Positions 1 through 7,870 of a stretch of 64,000 bases of DNA are shown one piece after another. Both the position numbers and the translations under genes were made by a program. A model generated the notes under the pieces. It was not told the origin of the DNA, did no database searches, and saw only the letters and a list, made by a program, of their open reading frames with translations. The stretch is taken from NCBI GenBank assembly GCA_963815195.1, contig CAWFGE010000010.1, positions 1 to 64,000 of the forward strand, given 5' to 3'. The number at the start of each line of letters is the position of its first letter. Within the stretch, counting starts at the first letter, position 1. The stretch is from an uncultured Planctomycetaceae bacterium. GTDB lineage: Bacteria > Planctomycetota > Planctomycetia > Planctomycetales > Planctomycetaceae.

Positions 1-163
1 TCTTGTTGACGGCTTTGGCCCAGAGACGTGAAAGCTGCTCCCATCGCCGCCACTGGGTCTCGGGGAACGGGGAATGGACCGGCACTTGAAACTCCCGCAG
101 GCGATCGCGGAGAAGCACGGCCATGCGAACGACATGGCCTTGATTGTGTCTGTGATCGGGCAT
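1..163 (-). CDS. 5' part of a gene running off the window, directly downstream of the ubiquitin-like gene (possible E2-like/conjugation-associated protein)
   Basis: Open frame from ATG 163 (MPDHRHNQGHVVRMAVLLRDRLREF...) to the window edge, with AAGG upstream; function inferred from context only. Confidence 0.45.
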   Translation of the reverse strand, partial: MPDHRHNQGHVVRMAVLLRDRLREFQVPVHSPFPETQWRRWEQLSRLWAKAVNK

Positions 164-264
164 GGCGACGGACCTTGTAAAGCAGGGATGGCGATTGAAA
201 ACAACGGGGGCTGCCGGCAAAAGAGCCAACAACCCCCGCTGCGACGACGACGTGACTTTGGATG

Positions 265-486
265 CTACGCGGCCCCTTCGATTTTCCGCGGCGTGATGGA
301 AACGCGGTCGCCCTCTTGGAGCAAATAGCTCGCTTCGACGGGACCGCGGTTCAGGCGGATCAGGTAATCCTGAGGCGAAGCGTGCGGGACCGTCTTCTCG
401 AACAGCGTCTTGATCGTGGTGCCTTCGGGAAGTTCGACGGTGTCCGCGAAGCCGGCGCCTTGATTATTGATGACGAAAACTTTCAT
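265..486 (-). CDS. Ubiquitin-like / MoaD-ThiS beta-grasp protein
   Basis: 73 aa MKVFVIN...YLIRLNRGPVEASYLLQEGDRVSITPRKIEGAA; typical L.EGD.V.I.P..G beta-grasp C-terminus; RBS AAAGGA. Confidence 0.8.
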   Translation of the reverse strand: MKVFVINNQGAGFADTVELPEGTTIKTLFEKTVPHASPQDYLIRLNRGPVEASYLLQEGDRVSITPRKIEGAA

Positions 487-564
487 GGTGGGTTCCTTTG
501 ATCAAGGGAAAGTGAAATGAAGGTTCGGGAATGGGCGTCGCGCCGTTGTGCGTTCGAAGGGAAA

Positions 565-759
565 TCAGCCGGCGATGGCGGGGCGCTTCCGCTGCGGGAA
601 GATGTTGACGTGCCGCCGGGCTTCGAGTTCGTCCCAGTCGATGGGCGGCTCGCATTCGCGGTCGAGTTCTTCAACGGGCAGGAAGCCCCGCCGCGAGATT
701 TCGCTGACGGTTTCGCCGGTCGAGTGGGCCACGGCCCGGTTGAGATCGTTCTGTGTCAT
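565..759 (-). CDS. Small hypothetical protein (MTQNDLNRAVA...IDWDELEA), planctomycete-type
   Basis: 64-aa ORF with strong RBS AGAAGGAG, co-oriented in the operon. Confidence 0.7.
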   Translation of the reverse strand: MTQNDLNRAVAHSTGETVSEISRRGFLPVEELDRECEPPIDWDELEARRHVNIFPQRKRPAIAG

Positions 760-878
760 CGCTTGCTCCTTCTATGGGGGAGAGAAAGCGACCGCCCCAC
801 ACCGGGGCGATCGCGTAACAGATACGCAATCACCTCCGCAGTGCGGGGCGTATGTCTTAGAGGATTAAAACCCAGTCG

Positions 879-1256
879 TCATCGGGTCTTGGTGTTCACC
901 TTCTTTCTGGACTTCTTGGTATTCGTTTTCGCACCGTTGGCGGTGGATATTGCCTGCGTGGGATTCGGGGCGGCTTCCAGCTTCGAGGTCTCGGACTCGT
1001 TCGGTTCGCCGTTCAACTCGGCGATGCCGGGCAACATCGACGAGACCGGCGTCTCGATCGAAAGCCCCAAGGCTTGGCGGCGAAGCTCGTCGGCAACATC
1101 CTCCAGCCCCTGCTCTTCAAAGTCCTGGGCCTTTTGAAGCAGTTCGGCTTTCCGGTCGGCCTGCCGAACCAGAAACTCCGCTTCCAGCCCCAGGGCGGCA
1201 TCGGTGATCAACAGCGATTGCAGGCGTTCAATGATCTTTTTGAAAATCCAAAGCAT
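879..1256 (-). CDS. Hypothetical helical protein with Lys-rich tail
   Basis: Start ATG 1256 (or GTG 1259) after AAAGGAAA; MLWIFKKIIERLQSLL... Confidence 0.7.
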   Translation of the reverse strand: MLWIFKKIIERLQSLLITDAALGLEAEFLVRQADRKAELLQKAQDFEEQGLEDVADELRRQALGLSIETPVSSMLPGIAELNGEPNESETSKLEAAPNPTQAISTANGAKTNTKKSRKKVNTKTR

Positions 1257-1551
1257 CACGTTTTCCTTTGGGTTCGGTGGGATGGTTGCGGAGAGGCCCT
1301 TGCTTGGGGGCCAGCCAGTTTTGTTCCAGCCATTCGCGTTCCGCATCGAGAGCTTCAGAACGGTTTGCAAACGGTCCCAGCACGGGGCCATTGACCGGCG
1401 AAAGGTCCGCCGTCCATTGGCCGTCGTCGGTGGGTTCGACATGGGAACCGCGCTGGATCCAGAGTTGGCCCAGGGCATGCAGGTCAAGTTCTTCGCCATA
1501 AAGGCATTTCAGCGTTCCGTCGGGTGTGATCACGATCTGCATCACAGTCAC
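1228..1551 (-). CDS. Small hypothetical protein (YGEELDL...RGSHVEP...WTADLSPVNGPVLGPF)
   Basis: Overlaps the stop of the upstream gene (GTGA coupling); protein-like composition. Confidence 0.7.
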   Translation of the reverse strand: MTVMQIVITPDGTLKCLYGEELDLHALGQLWIQRGSHVEPTDDGQWTADLSPVNGPVLGPFANRSEALDAEREWLEQNWLAPKQGPLRNHPTEPKGKRDALDFQKDH

Positions 1552-4500
1552 CGGGGCTTGCGGATGATGTTCCGCCGGGGACGGTCCACCAGCAGATCAT
1601 CGAGGGCCTGCTGGACGCCGCCGAGTTGCCCGGCGACGCGTTCCCGCAGCTCGAGGTTCTCACGGAGCTGCTGCGGCTGGACGCCCCGGACAACGTCCTG
1701 GGCCTGGTTCACGAGTTCGTCGAGTTGCTCGTTGGAGCGGATGTTGAGCCGCTGGAACCGCTGGAAGAACTCGGTGAGGTTGGTGATCGCCGTGTCGCGG
1801 AAGACCTTGGGTTTGCCGTCCTGCTGACCGCTGAGCCGATCCGTGAGGTGTTCCACGAGATTCGCCAATTCATCGGTGAAGGCGGTTTCGGCCAGCCGCA
1901 CGGCTTCATCGAAGCGGGCCTGCATTCGTTCGCATTCCTGCCGATAAAGTTCCGGCGACAGCCGCTGGAGGTAATCGGGTAGGGTAGGCGGCCAGCGAGT
2001 TACCCATTGGGTACTTTTCCAACCGCCCCCCTCCGAACCGGACGTGCAACTTATCGCTGCATCCGGCTCTCCAGTATCAAGATAAAGCGCGGCCGTCATG
2101 CCGCCCGGCATGAATGGCCACGTGACAGCGTTCGCAGACCGTCAAGGTCTTGCGACGCAGCGCCATCATGATCTTCTTCCATTTGGGTTGTTCTCGTCCG
2201 TCTTTCCGATTGAGATCAGACAAACGTCGAATGTGGTGATTCTCCAAGGGCACGCCCTCAGCACCACAGAGTTGACATTTGTCGTAATGAAGACGGTCGA
2301 TCAAATCCTTTGAGCTTGAGAACACCCGTACGATTCGGTCTTCGATAGGCACGAAGCGTTGACGTTTCAGAGAAAGTCCGCCGAAATGCGTCACGAGGTC
2401 GGGCTTGTCTTTGCGGGGCACAATGACCCGAAAAGCATTGACCGGACCATGCTCAGTTTGAACTTTCACTTTGTGCTTTTTCCATAGCAATGCGCAGGAA
2501 CACCGGTGTTTTCGGGCCAGCGTTTTCACCATGGACGTTTCCAGCACCCAGTGGAGCTTGTTGAGCCGAGACGAGAGGTTGTGAGCCATTCGGTAATAGT
2601 TGACCAAACCTCGATAGACGGCCTGATAGTGAGAGACGATGTGAAAATCGCTCTGATTCAACAGACTATTCTTCCGGGCTGGTTTTCCTTTCGCTGAATA
2701 CTCCTTCACCTTCGCTTCGATGACGTCTCTTGGGACGTACAATCCCACATTGCCATTCACGCAGCGCATCAGGCCGCCCCCTTTACCGGGCGTCACCTTC
2801 GTGTCGTTGCTCATGACCTGAACTTCGTACCCGAGAAAGCGGGCGTTGCCTTGGCTGGCGTGGGTGATCAAGGTCTTCGATTCCGAGAGCGTCAGCTTGA
2901 GGGTTGTCCTCAAGAACTCCCGAATCTGTTCCTTGATTTCCACCGCTTCGGCTTTGGGTCCCGCAAACCCGAGAAGGAAATCGTCGGCATAACGCACATA
3001 ATGCAGACGGCGGTAGTTGGGGTCGTATGTGTCGCGGGAGGGAACTGTCCTTCGTTGTCGGACCAGTTCTTTGTATTCCTCCGCAGTCCACTTGTCCCGA
3101 CGGTGGTTGATCAGATTGTTCAACCGTTGCCATTCAGGATTCCCCCGCCGTCTCTTGCCGCGGTTATACCGGGGAAGAAGTTCCTGCTCGACAAACTGGT
3201 CCAGTCGATCCAGGTAGATGTTGGAAAGGATGGGCGAGCAAACACCTCCCTGCGGCGAACCGCTGAAGGTGTTTCCATAGACCCAGTCTTCCAAGTATCC
3301 CGCCTGGAGCATGGTTCTGATCAGTTTGATCAAGCGATTGTCGTGAATCTTTTCTCGCAGGATCGACAACAAGACCTCATGGTCGAGAGAGTCGAAACAT
3401 TGAGAAATGTCGCCCTCGATAAACCAGCGGGTTCCATTCCAATAGCTCACGTGGTGGAGGGCGTCATGGCATCCGAGGCCGGTGCGGAACCCGAAGCTCA
3501 GCGAACTGAACTGGGGCTCGTAATACAGTTCCAAGATGAATTTGATCATCTGTTGGACCAGTTTATCCGACCAACTGGGGATGCCGAGCGGACGGGTACC
3601 ACCCCGCTTTTTCGGGATATGGATGCGTCGGACAGGCTTCCAAATCCAATCGCCGTCCCGCAGGATTTGGGCGATGTGGCGGATCTTGTCCAAACTCATG
3701 CCGTCAACGGTTTCCCCGTCGATTCCCGGCGTGGTGGCTCCGTCATTCTTCCCGATCTTGGCATAAGCCTCAATGAGAAGATCCTCACGACAAATGTGGC
3801 GATAGACTCGCTCAAGATCGAGTCCTCGCTGTCCTCTATCCGAGAGAACTTCGACCAACTTATGGATGGGCTGCATTCGCAGTACTCCTAAAAAAACATG
3901 GTCTGTCATTCTCTTGATACCTGTCCCCCTTCGTCGTGTCCCGGACATTACTCCGGGCGTTTGGCTACTATGGGGACTCCGTTACCATAGGGCTCTCGCC
4001 CCTTAGGCAATCCCGTATTCCAACTAGTTTGACGTAATAGCAAGGGATTAGGATCTCCACTCAAGCTCTTGGGACCTCTCACTGAGATCCTGTCCTTGTC
4101 GGTGAACTTTCCTTCGGCAAACCACCGAAACCGAAGATCGACAAGGCAGCCCAACCGATAGTTCGTGTAGGTTGGGGAGGCGTCTTGCTCATGAGCTTTA
4201 GAGTTCAAGCAATCCAGCCTTATCCACTCCTTGCAGGACTCGCAACGCAGTTTCATAACGAACTTCCGAAAACTCGTTTACTTTCCAGACATGCTATGAT
4301 CAGATCATCCCTTTCGGAAATCACCTAGCCTGGTGTCCTCCAGGTATTGTTCACAACCTGGGTGTCTAAAACACAATCAAAACTAGCCGTAAAACGGCGC
4401 ACGCGGTTCCACGGAAGGAAACTCCCAGGCCACGTCGAACAGCCCGATCAGCGTCACCGGGTAATCGCTTTCGTTATAGAGATTTCCCAGGCGTTCCCTC

Positions 4501-4916
4501 GCCGCGGCTTTCAGATCATCAAAATCGCGATCGAGTTCTTCCACAGCTTCTTCCAACTCGGCTTTGAATGTGGTCATCTGCACGTTGACTGCGCCAATGT
4601 CGTCCTGCCGGATCAGCCGCAGGCCCGGCTCGGGGAACGGCAGACTGGAGGCCCGGAAATAGGACGAGGCTTTCGTCTTGATGCTGGTCACCGCCCGGAA
4701 CTTCGGATGCCGCACGTTGATCAATTTTTTCCCGGCGGAAAGATAATCCCCTTCGGCCCCGAACGATTCGGCGGCCTGAGCTTTCTGTTCGGGCGAAAGC
4801 GTTTTGCGGGTGCCGAACCACGTGAACGACAACCGCATCGCGGCCATCGTGGTCCGCAGGCGTTCGGCGGACGTTTGGTCATGGAGCGTGTGGGGCTCTT
4901 CGAGTAAACTGGCCAT
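1548..4916 (-). CDS. Intron-split gene (exon 1 4916-4403, exon 2 1978-1548), 314 aa after splicing; DUF3150-like helical protein
   Basis: Exon 1 ends GAA CCG C and exon 2 begins CC GAT TAC, giving ...FPSVEPPDYLQRL...; 514+431=945 nt, in frame; RBS GAGG before ATG 4916. The DUF3150 resemblance is from memory. Confidence 0.85.
1979..4402 (-). mobile_element. Group II intron (IIA, ML/LtrA-like class), 2424 nt
   Basis: 5' GTGCG at 4402; domain V GAGCCGGATGCAGCGATAAGTTGCACGTCCGGTTC (~2034-2070); domain VI and 3' end ...CCTAC at 1979; EBS1 GTGGTT (4125-4120) pairs with IBS1 AACCGC; EBS2 CACGAA (4167-4162) pairs 5/6 with IBS2 TCCGTG; delta G pairs with the first C of exon 2. Confidence 0.95.
2077..3876 (-). 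CDS. ltrA: Group II intron-encoded reverse transcriptase/maturase with HNH endonuclease domain
   Basis: RT0 TPGIDG, RPLGIP, IEGDISQCFD, PQGG, YVRYADD, domain X, C-terminal CQLC...HHIR...VCERCHVAIH; ATG 3876 after AGGAG. Confidence 0.95.
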   Translation of the reverse strand: MQPIHKLVEVLSDRGQRGLDLERVYRHICREDLLIEAYAKIGKNDGATTPGIDGETVDGMSLDKIRHIAQILRDGDWIWKPVRRIHIPKKRGGTRPLGIPSWSDKLVQQMIKFILELYYEPQFSSLSFGFRTGLGCHDALHHVSYWNGTRWFIEGDISQCFDSLDHEVLLSILREKIHDNRLIKLIRTMLQAGYLEDWVYGNTFSGSPQGGVCSPILSNIYLDRLDQFVEQELLPRYNRGKRRRGNPEWQRLNNLINHRRDKWTAEEYKELVRQRRTVPSRDTYDPNYRRLHYVRYADDFLLGFAGPKAEAVEIKEQIREFLRTTLKLTLSESKTLITHASQGNARFLGYEVQVMSNDTKVTPGKGGGLMRCVNGNVGLYVPRDVIEAKVKEYSAKGKPARKNSLLNQSDFHIVSHYQAVYRGLVNYYRMAHNLSSRLNKLHWVLETSMVKTLARKHRCSCALLWKKHKVKVQTEHGPVNAFRVIVPRKDKPDLVTHFGGLSLKRQRFVPIEDRIVRVFSSSKDLIDRLHYDKCQLCGAEGVPLENHHIRRLSDLNRKDGREQPKWKKIMMALRRKTLTVCERCHVAIHAGRHDGRALS

Positions 4917-4945
4917 AAATGGTTCCTCATTCGACAGGGGAGAAA

Positions 4946-6844
4946 GTGGTGAGACATTTGATCTTGGTGACCGGCTTGGTTTTTGCGATTTGCAGCGGTT
5001 GCAATTCCAAGGACAGTTCCACACACCCGCAGGAGGGCGAAAGTGGAGGATCCGCCGAGAACTGGTTGACCGTGCTCTCGGACCCGGCGGACTTGAAGCA
5101 GGCCCGGGAATTGGCGGAACGGTTGGACCGCGAACGTCTGGAAGCCATCCTGGGAAAACTCGATAACGCCTTTGTCGGCCTGGATGAAATCCGGCTTTTG
5201 CAAGCCCACGAAGAGGAAGTCCGCCGACGAATGCGCCCGCTCATTGAGCGGGGCGAGGTATCCCGGAACAGCATTGCGGCGGCATTTGTACTCTGCCAAC
5301 TTGGGGATTTCAGCGCGCTGCCGCACATCGTTCGTACCCTTGAAAGCGGCAGCGACGAGCAAAGGCTCAAGGTTCTCAGTGACTTAGATTATTCTCTGGT
5401 CAAACGGCCCGAAGTCCGTAACGACCAGAGGCTTCAACGAGCGCTTCTGGCGCAACTCGACCATGCGAATCCTGATGTGGTCAAAGCCGCCATTCAGGAT
5501 TGCGGTTCGCTGCACGTGCCCGGGGCAGCCGAGAAATTCGCCAAACTGCTGGATGGGGCGAATCCTCCCGATCCGGGCCGGCTGTGTTATTGGCTCAGTC
5601 AGCTCGATCCCCGACCGGAATTTCTGCGACGGGTGATCGGTTTCTGGAAGGACGAGAACCAGTCACTCGATCATTGGACGTTCGTTGCGCTTTCCGAATT
5701 TGCAGAGTGTGACGACGCCCAGACCCGCCAGGCGGCCCGGGAAAAATTGCGGAAAATCGTCGATGCGAAACTCCCCCAACTCAAAAACCCGGGGCATTTC
5801 GATTCTGGGCGATACCAATTGCAAGGGGCCATTGATGCCCTGGTCCAACACGCGACGAAGGACGAGACGGCGTGGTTGAAGTCCTTGCTTCGCGAACCGC
5901 TCTCCTCCTGGCGGAAAGGCAACGTGCTGTCGGCCCTGGCCCGTGTCGGCGGTGAGGAGGGGAAAGCGCATCTGTTCGAGGCGATCAAAGACCCGGAACT
6001 CCGAAGCAGTGCCGTCCCCGCCTTCGGTGAAGCCTTCGCCAACACGGGAAACTCCCGAGCCATCGAACGTCTGTTGAACATCGCCGCTGGCGAAAAGTCA
6101 TCACACCAGGCCGCCGAGATCGCCCTGGCTCTGAATCGGATCGGAGGGGAAGGAAAATCGGCGGCACTTCGGTTGGCCGACCGCTTGCAGGCCACTGATC
6201 GTCGGAACGTCATGTGGGCCGTCGAGGGCTGGTCGGCGGAAACCCAGATGGACGAAGTTGTGGAAACGGGCGCGATTGGGCGCGCCGACTACGAAAACGC
6301 CCTCCGGGAAATCCGGCAGGGAGAGTATTACGAACCGGACCAGCCCATCGGTTTGGAAAGCGTCCTATTTCACGCCAAGGTGGGCTTGGCGTTTGATGCC
6401 GAAACCGGACTACTGCCCTGCCGGCACGATCTGCTCCTGTTGGACTTTGCCGATGCCAGCAACGGCCTGTTCCAGCCCGCGGCCGTGAGCGAGCAGTGGC
6501 ACCAGCAGCACGCTGAAGATTACGGAGCCGCCTATACCCTGCAATTCATTTCTGAGGGTCGGCTGTATCGGGCACGGCTACGAAACTTCGGAGACTGGTA
6601 TGATGTGGAACGCATCGCTCAAACCATCAACCGCGCCTTGGCGGATGCGGGGCGAACCCAGCGGTTTATCGCCTTAGAGAGCGGCGATCAAACCGCGGAG
6701 TTTCTCTTCGGGGAACCACAGATCCTGACCGCACTGGCGAAGAAATTTCAGATCCCCCTTACAGACGATCTGAATCAGGCCATGCGGTCCGGGAAAGCGT
6801 TCGAGCAAAGGGCCATCGAAGCACTGGATGCCAACGCGATTTGA
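4946..6844 (+). CDS. Putative lipoprotein with HEAT-like repeats
   Basis: Hydrophobic N-terminus with ICSGC lipobox-like motif; repeated ALARVGGEEG/ALNRIGGEG HEAT-type segments. Confidence 0.7.
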   Translation: MVRHLILVTGLVFAICSGCNSKDSSTHPQEGESGGSAENWLTVLSDPADLKQARELAERLDRERLEAILGKLDNAFVGLDEIRLLQAHEEEVRRRMRPLIERGEVSRNSIAAAFVLCQLGDFSALPHIVRTLESGSDEQRLKVLSDLDYSLVKRPEVRNDQRLQRALLAQLDHANPDVVKAAIQDCGSLHVPGAAEKFAKLLDGANPPDPGRLCYWLSQLDPRPEFLRRVIGFWKDENQSLDHWTFVALSEFAECDDAQTRQAAREKLRKIVDAKLPQLKNPGHFDSGRYQLQGAIDALVQHATKDETAWLKSLLREPLSSWRKGNVLSALARVGGEEGKAHLFEAIKDPELRSSAVPAFGEAFANTGNSRAIERLLNIAAGEKSSHQAAEIALALNRIGGEGKSAALRLADRLQATDRRNVMWAVEGWSAETQMDEVVETGAIGRADYENALREIRQGEYYEPDQPIGLESVLFHAKVGLAFDAETGLLPCRHDLLLLDFADASNGLFQPAAVSEQWHQQHAEDYGAAYTLQFISEGRLYRARLRNFGDWYDVERIAQTINRALADAGRTQRFIALESGDQTAEFLFGEPQILTALAKKFQIPLTDDLNQAMRSGKAFEQRAIEALDANAI

Positions 6845-7283
6845 TTTGAGGTGTGTCAATAATGTCTATCTCTGCGCGATCTTCGTCGCGTCTCCTTCTC
6901 CAGGCTTTGCCACCAGTTGGGCGAAATTGTCCCTTCCGGAGTTGGTGCAAGCCTTTGACATGGTTATAGTCGGCGAGGCGCAGAGTAAAAACGGTCGTTC
7001 CATTCTCCGCGTCACCAGAGGTACGGCTTCAGCAAATCCACTCAACGGCCAGATCCCAGGGGGAAGACACGGGTGCTCGGGTTCACGCTCGCTCGGAAAA
7101 ACTGTTGCGCCGAATAATTGGGTCGAGTTTCTTCAAATCTTGGGCTCAACCGAAGAAAAACGAGAAGCCGCTCGGGTGTGCGTGGGGAATCAGGCGCATT
7201 TCAAACTTCCGGGTCTGACCGTAGAAATCGAACGCACCAAGATCACCGACAGTGATGGGCGAGTGGTTGACGTGATTGAATAG
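6828..7283 (+). CDS. Hypothetical or degenerate secreted-protein fragment
   Basis: 151-aa ORF with ATSWAKLSLPELVQAFDMVIVGE motif after a signal-like stretch; may be a mosaic. Confidence 0.3.
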   Translation: MPTRFDLRCVNNVYLCAIFVASPSPGFATSWAKLSLPELVQAFDMVIVGEAQSKNGRSILRVTRGTASANPLNGQIPGGRHGCSGSRSLGKTVAPNNWVEFLQILGSTEEKREAARVCVGNQAHFKLPGLTVEIERTKITDSDGRVVDVIE

Positions 7284-7391
7284 AATCCCTTGTTCGAGCC
7301 GTCGCGGTTTGATGCGGTGGCGCAGCGGCAGTTGCACTGGCTGAGCGACCTTGAAGTTTCAGGAATCGTCGCTGTGGTCGCGACCGCGGGG

Positions 7392-7540
7392 AGTCGAGTG
7401 GGAAGAAATCCTCGCCCTCTTGGACGAAGCCGACTAAGAGAACTGGCTGATCCTGGACCGCACGCAAGGCGACGACCACGCGGGCGAGATTCGCCGCGCC
7501 ATGCAATACCTCCGCAACGTCGCGGTCGAGTAAACGGTCC
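7392..7540 (+). pseudogene. 3' remnant of a sugar phosphate isomerase gene, paralogous to 40923-41071
   Basis: 14 mismatches over 149 nt by manual alignment with the end of the gene at 40276-41064; TAC became TAA. Confidence 0.9.
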
Positions 7541-7738
7541 AGGCACGAGCCATCAAATCTCCGGTTCGAGAAACACCCGTCGCACCCGATTGCGACAACA
7601 TGTGTCACACCTGTCTCGGCTCCGCGGGTTTTTTTCTCGGAATTTCTTCGAGGAATACAACGCGCTATGACAGGAGGAGTTACAAAAAACCACAACATCC
7701 GCCTGTCCAAAAAATCGCTCTGCAAGAAAACTAATTTG

Positions 7739-7766
7739 TTGACATTCCTCCACAGGCTCATATAAA
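7739..7766 (+). promoter_or_regulatory. Sigma70-like promoter upstream of the giant secreted protein gene
   Basis: TTGACA-16 nt-TATAAA in an AT-rich intergenic stretch. Confidence 0.5.
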
Positions 7767-7870
7767 CGGAAGAATCACCTCAATCAGATTTTCAATTCTC
7801 ACCCGTTCCATTCAGAACGCCGTCGGGTTCCGATCGACTTCTCCTTTCCCCGGCTCGAAAGGATTGTGCA

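Noticed and set aside
1548..2111. Stand-alone 187-aa ORF from the track
   Set aside because: Its N-terminus is translated intron domain V/VI; the real coding part is exon 2
2077..3876. Retron, DGR or defence-associated reverse transcriptase
   Set aside because: Domain X, HNH, domain V/VI RNA and exact exon junctions identify a group II intron
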